Shown here: in pieces, positions 1 through 7,394 of the stretch | Position numbering within the stretch: the stretch's first letter is position 1 | How the letters are laid out: each line of letters begins with the position of its first letter | DNA from: a phage | Reading direction: 5' to 3' (one strand) | Assembly (NCBI GenBank): GCA_012343875.1 | Contig: GCA_012343875.1_3924.1 | DNA length: 64,000 nucleotides | Position numbers and translations under genes: made by a program | Notes under the pieces: generated by a model | Database searches by the model: none | Told to the model about the DNA's origin: nothing | Seen by the model: only the letters and a program-made list of their open reading frames with translations

Positions 1-395
1 GCATAAATTGCATCACAGATATCACGAAAATCATGATTTGCCAAATTACGTTGCAACCAAGTGGCAAAGAAATCAGCGATTGCAAAATTAGCATCATACT
101 CGACAGATAGCCACACTTTAACAGCAAATCTAAACATTTTCAAATCTAACTCTTTATTCATTACCTTTGATTTGCCTAACATGTCTGCCATTTCATATTG
201 TGCACCATCTAGCGTGATACCTGCTGCAACGTCAGCCAATGAGTTTTTTACACTTTCAACGTCTAAGATAACACTTTGAATCTTCCCGATAATATTGTGC
301 AATGTCTCATCAGGTGCTGATGATGTAATAACATTAATCCGGTTGACAGTCAAACGTGCTTTTAAGATTGATAACTCACGATTATTAATAGCCAT
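1..395 (-). CDS. hypothetical early protein, 3' end truncated by window edge
   Basis: Reverse-strand frame open from ATG at 395-393 down to position 1 (about 131 codons, begins MAINNRELSILKARL); start preceded by the conserved cassette at 396-480; absent from the ORF track because no stop lies inside the window. Confidence 0.5.
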   Translation of the reverse strand, partial: MAINNRELSILKARLTVNRINVITSSAPDETLHNIIGKIQSVILDVESVKNSLADVAAGITLDGAQYEMADMLGKSKVMNKELDLKMFRFAVKVWLSVEYDANFAIADFFATWLQRNLANHDFRDICDAIY

Positions 396-480
396 TTTTG
401 AATCTCCAATTTAGGATTTAGTGGTAAAGCTCTTTATCTGGGGCTTACTTTATCGAACTATAAGCCCCCTGTAAAGTACT
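396..480 (-). promoter_or_regulatory. conserved intercistronic cassette type A (palindrome AAAGTACTTT, hairpin GGGGCTTA..TAAGCCCC, RBS GGAGA)
   Basis: Near-identical about 85-bp element also at 1464-1551 and 1810-1897, always between the stop of one small minus-strand gene and the ATG of the next. Confidence 0.6.
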
Positions 481-753
481 TTATACTAAATGCAGTTTTT
501 TACCTTTTACTATGATGTAACTTGATGCGCTATTACTGCATACATCTTGATAAATTCTGCGCAAACGTCCTTCATAGTATACTTTCCAACTAGTTGGAAT
601 CTTTTTCCCGTATCCTGTAGCAGTTTTTTGGAGTCCTGCTACTTGCCAATCTAAGATATGTTGTTCAGCTTGTAAGTCTTCAAAGTGCATGACACCATCT
701 ACATAGTGACGTAGTGTGACATTTAAAGTGCGACCGTTGTTAGTAGTATACAT
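481..753 (-). CDS. hypothetical small early protein (90 aa)
   Basis: ORF on coding strand of the leftward block; start preceded by type B cassette with GGAGA RBS. Confidence 0.5.
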   Translation of the reverse strand: MYTTNNGRTLNVTLRHYVDGVMHFEDLQAEQHILDWQVAGLQKTATGYGKKIPTSWKVYYEGRLRRIYQDVCSNSASSYIIVKGKKLHLV

Positions 754-840
754 TTTAGAATCTCCAGTTTAGGACTTTATTTAGTGGGGAAGGTCATTCC
801 TTCCCGTTGATGTGTAATTTAATCTATCTAAAAATCAGTG
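754..840 (-). promoter_or_regulatory. conserved intercistronic cassette type B (hairpin GGGAAGG..CCTTCCC, CACTAAAT box, RBS GGAGA)
   Basis: Shares the CCCCACTAAAT..CCTAAA.TGGAGATTC..AAAATG core with type A cassettes; second copy at 2279-2340. Confidence 0.55.
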
Positions 841-1173
841 TCAAGAATTTTGTTTTCGTTTGCTCAACTCTTGAACAATTACAGCATGATAGTCTTTCAA
901 GTCACTGATGTTTAAAGCATTTATCAGAGAATTATAATCATCAACTAACTGAAAATCATCTTTGAAGATGTCACTTATCTGATAGGTTTTGGCTTTATAT
1001 CTGAAGCTCATCTCTAGCCGCTTTATTTGCTCATCACTGAGACGTCCTAGAAAGCTTTCTACAAGGTTATTGCTAACCTGCTGTGTGATTGCCTTATTTG
1101 CTAAATTATAGGCTTTATATGCCTTATATAGCGCGAAAATGGCAATGATTGCAGTGATACCAGTCATTAACAT
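841..1173 (-). CDS. hypothetical membrane-anchored protein (110 aa)
   Basis: N-terminal hydrophobic stretch MLMTGITAIIAIFALY; 4-codon overlap with the downstream gene. Confidence 0.5.
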   Translation of the reverse strand: MLMTGITAIIAIFALYKAYKAYNLANKAITQQVSNNLVESFLGRLSDEQIKRLEMSFRYKAKTYQISDIFKDDFQLVDDYNSLINALNISDLKDYHAVIVQELSKRKQNS

Positions 1174-1463
1174 GGTGTTTCCTCTTTACGTGATACTTTG
1201 CCACTTACAGTTATCTCATAAGATTCTAATAAATCGCTTTTAGACTTTACAGGGCTTTTAAAAGTATCATCGTAAATATTGACTTGCAATACAGGTTTTT
1301 TATACTCCCTGCAACTATTCCATAAGCAAATCACTACACGACGGCCTTTGATTTTTCCGTGTAACCATTCCATAACATCATGACTATTCCTTGATGTTTC
1401 AATGAAATCAATTTTATTAAGTAACTTGCTTAGATTTTCACGGACTTTATTTGATAGTTTCAT
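1167..1463 (-). CDS. hypothetical small early protein (98 aa)
   Basis: ORF preceded by type A cassette and GGAGA RBS. Confidence 0.5.
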   Translation of the reverse strand: MKLSNKVRENLSKLLNKIDFIETSRNSHDVMEWLHGKIKGRRVVICLWNSCREYKKPVLQVNIYDDTFKSPVKSKSDLLESYEITVSGKVSRKEETPC

Positions 1464-1551
1464 TTTTGAATCTCCAGTTTAGGATTTAGTGGTAAAGCTC
1501 TTTATCTGGGGCTTAAGATATCAACTTTTAAGCCCCCTGTAAAGTACTTTA
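1464..1551 (-). promoter_or_regulatory. conserved intercistronic cassette type A
   Basis: Copy of the 396-480 element; hairpin stem GGGGCTTAA..TTAAGCCCC with a different loop. Confidence 0.6.
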
Positions 1552-1809
1552 TCAGATTAAATTGCCAGTTAATGATAAGTGCATTTTATAACCTTTTTTA
1601 GTGAAAACATTCACTTTACCGAGTGATTTTACACCTTTAAAAAGGTTGTTTGAACTGCGTTTTAGGGTTAACTGTTTATCAACCTTTACGCCCCATCTTA
1701 CAGCAGATTGTTTTCCGTTGTCAACCACTTTTCCGCATAACTTTTTAGCCATAATGCGAGCGTCATCACGAGTTTTTGCAGGAATTACAACGTTTTTGAT
1801 AATAGCCAT
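1552..1809 (-). CDS. hypothetical small basic protein (85 aa)
   Basis: ORF preceded by type A cassette. Confidence 0.5.
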   Translation of the reverse strand: MAIIKNVVIPAKTRDDARIMAKKLCGKVVDNGKQSAVRWGVKVDKQLTLKRSSNNLFKGVKSLGKVNVFTKKGYKMHLSLTGNLI

Positions 1810-1897
1810 TTTTGAATCTCCAATTTAGGATTTAGTGGTAAAGCTCTTTATCTGGGGCTTACTTTATCGAACTATAAGCCCCCTGTAAAGTACTTTA
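1810..1897 (-). promoter_or_regulatory. conserved intercistronic cassette type A
   Basis: Copy of the 396-480 element. Confidence 0.6.
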
Positions 1898-2278
1898 TCA
1901 GTTAATTTTGAATATTGTCACATAACCATCACTACCAATTATTTGAGACGCTCCAGCTTTCTCCACTGAATAGCCCATATTTTCAAGATGGTAAACAGCA
2001 TCATCATAACCATATGCGCCACCTTGATAACGTCTCTTATTGCAGCTTATCAGGTTTTTACCACGTCCTGCCAGTGCATTTAGTACAGCTTTTTCACTCG
2101 ATAGTGTACCATCTAGCATGGTTGCAGTGTAGTGGTTGATTTTGTTCCCGTTGATATCATACTTGAAATTGAACGAGTGAACAACGATAACGTTACCTTT
2201 GAAATTCTCATCAAGTGCCTTCTCCAGTGCGTTGCGAAAGTTGTCTTTATTGATGAATTTAGGTGCACGATATGCCAT
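1898..2278 (-). CDS. hypothetical early protein (126 aa)
   Basis: First gene downstream of the sigma70-like promoter at 2345-2373; preceded by type B cassette. Confidence 0.5.
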   Translation of the reverse strand: MAYRAPKFINKDNFRNALEKALDENFKGNVIVVHSFNFKYDINGNKINHYTATMLDGTLSSEKAVLNALAGRGKNLISCNKRRYQGGAYGYDDAVYHLENMGYSVEKAGASQIIGSDGYVTIFKIN

Positions 2279-2340
2279 TTTAGAGTCTCCTAGTTTAAGG
2301 TTAGTTATTTAGTGGGGAAGGTTATTCCCTCTCCGTTGAT
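2279..2340 (-). promoter_or_regulatory. conserved cassette type B (5' leader copy)
   Basis: GGAGAGGGAATAACCTTCCCCACTAAAT..AGGAGACTCTAAAATG on the minus strand. Confidence 0.5.
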
Positions 2341-2344
2341 GCAA

Positions 2345-2373
2345 ATATTAGATAACCCTAGCCAGAGAGTCAA
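2345..2373 (-). promoter_or_regulatory. sigma70-like promoter for the leftward small-gene array
   Basis: Minus strand reads TTGACT - 17 nt - TAATAT (-35 at 2368-2373, -10 at 2345-2350). Confidence 0.55.
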
Positions 2374-2494
2374 GAAAAATTTTAAAAATATTTTTGCAAA
2401 AACTGTAATGAAACGTGCGCGCACAACTACTATAAAACATAAAACTGGTCAAGAATTATTTTTGAATCCGCTACAAATTTTTCTCTTGACTTTT

Positions 2495-2535
2495 GGGGAG
2501 AGGGGGAGTAAGAGGGGGAGAGGGGCTGGGCTGGC
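2495..2535 (+). repeat. polypurine tract with four or more G-runs (G-quadruplex-capable)
   Basis: GGGGAGAGGGGGAGTAAGAGGGGGAGAGGGGCTGGGCTGG, highly atypical in this AT-rich genome. Confidence 0.6.
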
Positions 2536-2550
2536 TGTCTATAAAAACCT

Positions 2551-2729
2551 ACCTGCACAATTCTAAAATGATTTTTCTTGCCCGACCTGAGCGGGGTCTG
2601 CACGTTTTGAAAATGAAAAAGCTCTTTGGAGATTACCTGCACAGTTTGAAAATGAATTTTCTCTTTGGAGTTCAAAATTTTCTCTACAGATTTCTCTATA
2701 GAAATATACCTGCACAATCCTGAAATGAA
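2551..2729 (+). repeat. four dispersed direct repeats of a 22-bp motif ACCTGCACA.TT.TGAAAATGA
   Basis: Copies begin at 2551, 2596, 2635 and 2708, with irregular spacing, in a 520-bp non-coding gap. Confidence 0.6.
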
Positions 2730-2801
2730 AAAGCCCTCCTTACCTGAAAAATTTACCAGATAAGAAAGGCTCAGTCTATTATGAATATTCTACAGAGTTT
2801 C

Positions 2802-3587
2802 TTAGTTCTTTGCGTCTAAGAAGGTAACTTCTGGTGAAGAGAAGATTGCCTCGATATCCTCATCAGTTCTTGCATAGATATAAGCTTCTGCATCACTACC
2901 AAATGTTACAGCAATTCTGTGATTGCTCTTCGACAGGTGGGTAACTAGAGCGTTACTTAGAGACATCTTTTCAACCGGAGGGTTACTTTGATGTATCTTA
3001 CCTTTTCTTCGTCTGAAGAGGGTAACTGCATTATCCGTGAACACTGCTACACCTGCAAAGTATTCTGGCTCACAGTAGTTTTTCCAACCTGAGAGTAACT
3101 TGTGGTACATATCACCTTCATAGACATACAGATAGACATCTACACTCTTCATCACCTGATTGGTGATAACTGTGACAGCTTGAGGGTCAAGTCCACCGAT
3201 ACCTGCACCAATCATAGGTAGACCGACTTTCTTCAACTGATTCACTTCACAGTATCTGTTAAGTTGCTTCAAAGATGACTCTAAAGCACTGTATCGGGCA
3301 TCTTTACCAGTCTTAAGCTGAGTGTAAAGGTTAGCTATACGACCTTGTTTTAAGCGTGCTACAGAGAAATTACCTAGTAAATTCTCACAGGGTTTGTGAC
3401 CTATACCACCTGCATAGAGATAAACTTCTGTATCGGTCTCATATGCTTTTGGGTAAAGTTTAGAAATCTTGTCAGCGATACCTGCACCCATTAAATTCAT
3501 ACAGTTGCAACCGTGACCGATGATGTCAAACTTACCTTTATCAAATGCGGCAAAGATATCACCATTGATTATTTTTACAATACCCAT
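2802..3587 (-). CDS. macro-domain protein (TARG1/DarG-type ADP-ribose binding or hydrolase domain) with C-terminal domain of unknown function
   Basis: N-terminal GDIF..(H)GCNCMNLMGAGIA matches the TARG1/DarG-type macro signature (H-C-x5-MGAGIA) as I recall it. Confidence 0.6.
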   Translation of the reverse strand: MGIVKIINGDIFAAFDKGKFDIIGHGCNCMNLMGAGIADKISKLYPKAYETDTEVYLYAGGIGHKPCENLLGNFSVARLKQGRIANLYTQLKTGKDARYSALESSLKQLNRYCEVNQLKKVGLPMIGAGIGGLDPQAVTVITNQVMKSVDVYLYVYEGDMYHKLLSGWKNYCEPEYFAGVAVFTDNAVTLFRRRKGKIHQSNPPVEKMSLSNALVTHLSKSNHRIAVTFGSDAEAYIYARTDEDIEAIFSSPEVTFLDAKN

Positions 3588-3788
3588 TTAACATCTCTCC
3601 CAAGATTCTTTGTCTTCTGAAGGTTTTACACGTTGTCCTTCGTGGTCTACCCAGATACATCCACAACCTTCACAGATTACTGGCATTGCATAGCCAGCTT
3701 TAAAGTCATCTTCAGTGATAAGACCTTTTAAGTCACCTGTATCACGTCCAAACATTTCTATAGAGCAGTCTTTGCAGAAGTCAGCCAT
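3588..3788 (-). CDS. small Cys-rich protein (66 aa), possible zinc ribbon
   Basis: CKDC .. CEGCGC cysteine pairs. Confidence 0.4.
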   Translation of the reverse strand: MADFCKDCSIEMFGRDTGDLKGLITEDDFKAGYAMPVICEGCGCIWVDHEGQRVKPSEDKESWERC

Positions 3789-3800
3789 ATCATATACACC

Positions 3801-4028
3801 TTATAGTTCAGTTTCTCGTAATTCTTTGCCTTCATCATAGAAGCATTTATAGAATGTATCTATAGAAATTCTGGCAAAGGTAAGGTCTTCAAAGTATTCT
3901 TCTGGAGTTATCCCTGTAAAACTAAAGCTATCGAGATTGTAAAATGGTATCACTGTGTCGTTACTAACGAAAACACATGCTGATGTCACTTCTCCAGTAT
4001 CTTTATCGATTACCTCTAGAGCCTTCAT
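3801..4028 (-). CDS. hypothetical protein (75 aa)
   Basis: Co-directional ORF, acidic. Confidence 0.4.
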   Translation of the reverse strand: MKALEVIDKDTGEVTSACVFVSNDTVIPFYNLDSFSFTGITPEEYFEDLTFARISIDTFYKCFYDEGKELRETEL

Positions 4029-4329
4029 AGTTTACCTTCTCAGTTAGCTCATATAAATCAACATGCTCAATACTGTCAATGTGGATATCAATCTTTTTGA
4101 AACGCTCCATCACTTCGTTATCAGTCATCCATATCAGACACCAATGATTATGGATGGATTCTTCAAGAAGTTCAACACAATCTTTAAAAGTTTTTGTATC
4201 ACTTCTTGTCCCGACTACTGCGATTGTCCCATACAACCACTTACCATTACCATAAGATACTTGTGCTACGCCAACTTCTTTATCTTTCTCGTAGTAAACG
4301 GCTACAAAGTCTCTTCCATTAATCTGCAT
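4003..4329 (-). CDS. hypothetical protein (108 aa)
   Basis: Co-directional ORF, short overlap with neighbour. Confidence 0.4.
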   Translation of the reverse strand: MQINGRDFVAVYYEKDKEVGVAQVSYGNGKWLYGTIAVVGTRSDTKTFKDCVELLEESIHNHWCLIWMTDNEVMERFKKIDIHIDSIEHVDLYELTEKVNYEGSRGNR

Positions 4330-4331
4330 AG

Positions 4332-4601
4332 TTACTTCCTCGTTTTAAGAACTGCTAAGATTTCTTTAGAGTCTGGTAAGAACCATGTGTAGTGATTCTC
4401 TTTGATTTCTGGATGAGTGTCAACCTTTATTTTGCACTCTTTACCAACATGCTTAAGCTGTGCTGTGATACCTTGCATAAAGATATGACACATCACATTA
4501 TCCATAATGGTTGGCGAGAAGTCAATTCGCATATAAGTTTCTTTTGGTCGTGGCAACAGTAAGTAACCTTCTACATAGAAAGTATCTTGATTCTCTGTCA
4601 T
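4332..4601 (-). CDS. hypothetical protein (89 aa)
   Basis: Co-directional ORF. Confidence 0.4.
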   Translation of the reverse strand: MTENQDTFYVEGYLLLPRPKETYMRIDFSPTIMDNVMCHIFMQGITAQLKHVGKECKIKVDTHPEIKENHYTWFLPDSKEILAVLKTRK

Positions 4602-4867
4602 TGCTGATTATTCCCTAATAAAATCATGTCAATAAGGTTATTAGCTTTAATTGTACACTGGTAAAAGCCGTCACGGTAGAACTCAAGTGCTGCTGCTACA
4701 TCACTGCCTGTGTTGCCTTTGATGATATACCGTGATTCTTCTTGAGTGTACTTATCGCTCTCACTTACTTGGGAGTTTTTGAATGTACTGTTCACTTTGT
4801 TCGTTGAACACCCTGACATAGTTATCAGTAACACAAACATTATAAAACTCTGGCTTAGTTTTTTCAT
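4598..4867 (-). CDS. lipoprotein, candidate outer-membrane spanin (o-spanin)
   Basis: Signal peptide with lipobox LLITMSGC; reading frame overlaps the 3' part of the upstream TM+coiled-coil gene (Rz/Rz1-like arrangement). Confidence 0.45.
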   Translation of the reverse strand: MKKLSQSFIMFVLLITMSGCSTNKVNSTFKNSQVSESDKYTQEESRYIIKGNTGSDVAAALEFYRDGFYQCTIKANNLIDMILLGNNQQ

Positions 4868-5108
4868 ATGTTAATACCTCTTTTGTATGCTTATTCTTAG
4901 CAAGCACATCTTTCAAATCATTTTTGTAATTGGTGCTCAGTGTGGCTAAACCTTCCTGATAAGCGTCTTTAGCAACACTTATTAGTTTCTCATTGCTTAA
5001 CTCAGCTTCAGCAACTTGGTAGTCTCTGTAAGAGTATCCTCCCCAGACACCTGCCCCAACTAAGAAAACAATTATGAAAGTAGCTTGACAGAACTCTTTA
5101 AATGTCAT
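4761..5108 (-). CDS. membrane-anchored coiled-coil protein, candidate inner-membrane spanin (i-spanin)
   Basis: N-terminal TM FIIVFLVGAGVWGG followed by a charged helical region; 3' end overlapped by the lipoprotein ORF in another frame. Confidence 0.4.
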   Translation of the reverse strand: MTFKEFCQATFIIVFLVGAGVWGGYSYRDYQVAEAELSNEKLISVAKDAYQEGLATLSTNYKNDLKDVLAKNKHTKEVLTYEKTKPEFYNVCVTDNYVRVFNEQSEQYIQKLPSK

Positions 5109-5124
5109 TTAACAATCTCCTGAA

Positions 5125-5148
5125 ATGAAAAAGGCTCCCGAAGGAGCC
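5125..5148 (-). terminator. intrinsic terminator-like hairpin GGCTCC-UUCG-GGAGCC followed by a U-tract
   Basis: Minus strand: GGCTCCTTCGGGAGCC TTTTTC; one of three near-identical copies. Confidence 0.55.
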
Positions 5149-5151
5149 TGT

Positions 5152-5180
5152 ATATTATTCTTGACTGTAATAGTTGACAA
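5152..5180 (-). promoter_or_regulatory. sigma70-like promoter abutting the hairpin (TTGTCA - 17 nt - TAATAT)
   Basis: -35 at 5175-5180 and -10 at 5152-5157 on the minus strand; -10 ends 4 nt before the hairpin. Confidence 0.4.
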
Positions 5181-5967
5181 GTGAAATAACTTGATTCATC
5201 AACAACTTATCAGCCTGTGCTCCGCGACCAGCTTGTAATGCTAGTTGGTATGCTTCTGTAACATATTTGTTAGACATACCTTCACAGTAGTCATTGTAGT
5301 CTTCCCAAAAGGAAAATGCAGCATCACCATATAGGCGTAGTGTAATTAACATTGCTGCACGAATCCCAGAAGAATACTTACGTTTTGCGTTTACTACACC
5401 TTTAAGCTGTACTTCAAGAGAATCAATTTGTTCCAGCTCATTTTTAAAGTCATTAAGGTATTTAACTGTTTCAGTGTTAGAGACCTGTTGCACACCGTAG
5501 TATGCAGCAACATACTTAATAGCAGTTGCCCAAGATGCCTTCATCAGTTCTGACTCTGGGTTGAAAGAAATCATCTTCATATTTCCGTAATAAACTTCTG
5601 AAGGTTTTTCTCTTGCTAACTCAGAGTCAAAATGAGTGTACAAATCTGTGACATCCAGTATGGAGTTCACATGGTATATAACTGCAATCAAGCTTTCTGG
5701 TCGTGTCAGGTTACCAACTTTCCACGCCTCTCGACGTGAGTGACCATCAATGATGAACAGTGAACTACCGAACTTAGCCACATGGACTACTGTTTGGTCT
5801 GGTGATACATCACCATTAAGGTGTTTGCTTTTCAGACGCTTAAGTGTATTCCGTTGACGAGGGTTTTCTTTGTAACGTTTTTCATTAAGAAAATCCTCGA
5901 CACTGATAATCTTAGTGTGAATTTTAACAACCTTGCCATTCAGTGCTACATTGATGCTGTTTGCCAT
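5155..5967 (-). CDS. ParB/Srx-fold (DGQHR-like) domain protein
   Basis: Motif IIDGHSRREAW resembles the ParB/sulfiredoxin/DndB DGQHR-type signature; lies next to Dam. Confidence 0.35.
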   Translation of the reverse strand: MANSINVALNGKVVKIHTKIISVEDFLNEKRYKENPRQRNTLKRLKSKHLNGDVSPDQTVVHVAKFGSSLFIIDGHSRREAWKVGNLTRPESLIAVIYHVNSILDVTDLYTHFDSELAREKPSEVYYGNMKMISFNPESELMKASWATAIKYVAAYYGVQQVSNTETVKYLNDFKNELEQIDSLEVQLKGVVNAKRKYSSGIRAAMLITLRLYGDAAFSFWEDYNDYCEGMSNKYVTEAYQLALQAGRGAQADKLLMNQVISLVNYYSQE

Positions 5968-5978
5968 AACTTGATACC

Positions 5979-6863
5979 TTAGTTGTGAATGATTACTTCG
6001 TTAATACCTTTGCTTCTCTGTGCATGTATTGTGTATGAATGGCTAACCTCTGTCAAGTTAAAATTTTCAGGAATTAAGCTTGTCCATCCATCCCACTGAG
6101 AGTTTGACATCAAAACTTTAGAACCTAACTCCCCCCAAGAAACCATATCTTCGCATAATTTTACAGACATCTCAATGTCAAACTTTGCACCATATTTCTG
6201 GTTGGTGTTGATATACGGGGGGTCACAGTAAATAACTGTGCCTTCTCCATGTTTTATGTCAACCATGTCATAAGGTTCACTGCTAAGTATTACCCTTTCA
6301 TCGGTGATAAAACTGTAGAACTCTGATAGTGATTCTTTAGTTTTTGTGAAGAAAACCTCTTCTTCCAGCAAATACCCACAAGGTGTTGCATAGTGGCCTT
6401 TCATCTCTTTAGTAGTCTGCCATACACCACCAAAACTTAATTTTTGAAGGAAAAACTGTCTGGCATAGTATCTGTAGTCATATGCTCCTTCTTCACCAAG
6501 CAAAAGAAGTTCTTCTCTTATACTGTAATACATTTTATAGCGTAGGCGGTTATGACGCTGACCTTTCACGGCATACTCTTCCTGCATAGGTAAGGCTAAG
6601 TACCTCTTTGACAAGTACTCAAATTCTTCCATAAAGTTTTCATAGTCATCTCTGAAAGTTGTGTAAAGACCTATAATATGTTTATTTATCTCATTAATAA
6701 ACACTTTTGCCTCTGGGTATCTGTTATAAGCCCAGATAGCTACTGAACCACCACCTGAAAACAGGTCATAGAAGTTTTTACAGTTGTCTGGGAAGACACC
6801 TAAACGCTCATACTCTTTTAATATTCTTGTTTTACCACCAAGATATTTGAACATCGGCTTCAT
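5979..6863 (-). CDS. dam: DNA adenine (N6) methyltransferase, Dam-like
   Basis: FSGGGS (SAM-binding motif I) and YCDPPY (DPPY catalytic motif). Confidence 0.8.
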   Translation of the reverse strand: MKPMFKYLGGKTRILKEYERLGVFPDNCKNFYDLFSGGGSVAIWAYNRYPEAKVFINEINKHIIGLYTTFRDDYENFMEEFEYLSKRYLALPMQEEYAVKGQRHNRLRYKMYYSIREELLLLGEEGAYDYRYYARQFFLQKLSFGGVWQTTKEMKGHYATPCGYLLEEEVFFTKTKESLSEFYSFITDERVILSSEPYDMVDIKHGEGTVIYCDPPYINTNQKYGAKFDIEMSVKLCEDMVSWGELGSKVLMSNSQWDGWTSLIPENFNLTEVSHSYTIHAQRSKGINEVIIHN

Positions 6864-6879
6864 TAATACTCCTTGAAAT

Positions 6880-6902
6880 TTAAAAAGGCTCCCGAAGGAG
6901 CC
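6880..6902 (-). terminator. intrinsic terminator-like hairpin GGCTCC-UUCG-GGAGCC + U-tract
   Basis: Minus strand: GGCTCCTTCGGGAGCC TTTTTAAATTT, 15 nt upstream of the Dam start codon. Confidence 0.55.
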
Positions 6903-6905
6903 TGT

Positions 6906-6934
6906 ATCTTAACCTTAACCGAGGACTTTTGCAA
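6906..6934 (-). promoter_or_regulatory. sigma70-like promoter abutting the hairpin (TTGCAA - 17 nt - TAAGAT)
   Basis: -35 at 6929-6934, -10 at 6906-6911 on the minus strand. Confidence 0.35.
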
Positions 6935-7394
6935 GGATATTTGCAGCCATCGAAGAAGCTTTTGCAGCAGCAACTACGCCAGCTTTGACAGTGCTATCCT
7001 TAATAGCAGATACCGTTGCAGCATCAGTAAAGAGATAAGTGATTGTTTTAGAACCACTTGTAAAGGAAAGCATAAGAGTAGTTTCCAGATTGAAAGAGCG
7101 ATACGGAGCACCTTCTTTAACGATACCTTCGGCACCTAACTCTGAAGCCTTACCCATATCATAGATAGTCATCAGGTTTTCTTTGTGTGCAGTCGTTGAA
7201 CCAGCACCTTTTACGTGCTTTTTAACATTCAACAATGCACGGTATTCACGAATACTGCCATCAGCTTTTACATTAACAGCACGAAAAATTTTACCTTCAA
7301 AGTTACCTTGAATCATTTTACGAACTACTTCAGATTTGTTTGCCGTATCGTCCAGTGCTACCGTAATGATATTGTTCATAAGTTTTTCTCTCAA
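6915..7394 (-). CDS. hypothetical protein (159 aa)
   Basis: Co-directional ORF, Ala/Lys-rich C-terminus. Confidence 0.4.
   Translation of the reverse strand: MREKLMNNIITVALDDTANKSEVVRKMIQGNFEGKIFRAVNVKADGSIREYRALLNVKKHVKGAGSTTAHKENLMTIYDMGKASELGAEGIVKEGAPYRSFNLETTLMLSFTSGSKTITYLFTDAATVSAIKDSTVKAGVVAAAKASSMAANILAKVLG

Noticed and set aside
61-279. 72-aa plus-strand ORF at the window start
   Set aside because: Antisense to the open minus-strand frame 1-395, which has the conserved cassette and RBS.
396-480. Type A cassette as an independent sigma70 promoter
   Set aside because: The best -35/-10 combinations (for example TAAAGA-17-TAAATT) are poor and the space between hairpin and ATG is too short; an intercistronic RNA element fits better, though a phage-specific promoter is not excluded.
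2312-2723. Track ORFs 2312-2566(+), 2430-2717(-), 2493-2723(+)
   Set aside because: They lie over the G-tract and repeat region, mutually overlap, have low-complexity translations (GERGSKRGRGAG) and lack convincing RBS; more likely repeat artefacts.
2551-2729. Possible CRISPR array from the four 22-bp repeats
   Set aside because: Repeats are degenerate, only four copies, spacers are irregular (17-51 bp) and there are no cas genes in the window.
6873-7139. 88-aa plus-strand ORF starting at the hairpin upstream of Dam
   Set aside because: Begins inside the terminator hairpin and runs antisense to the 6915-7394 gene.
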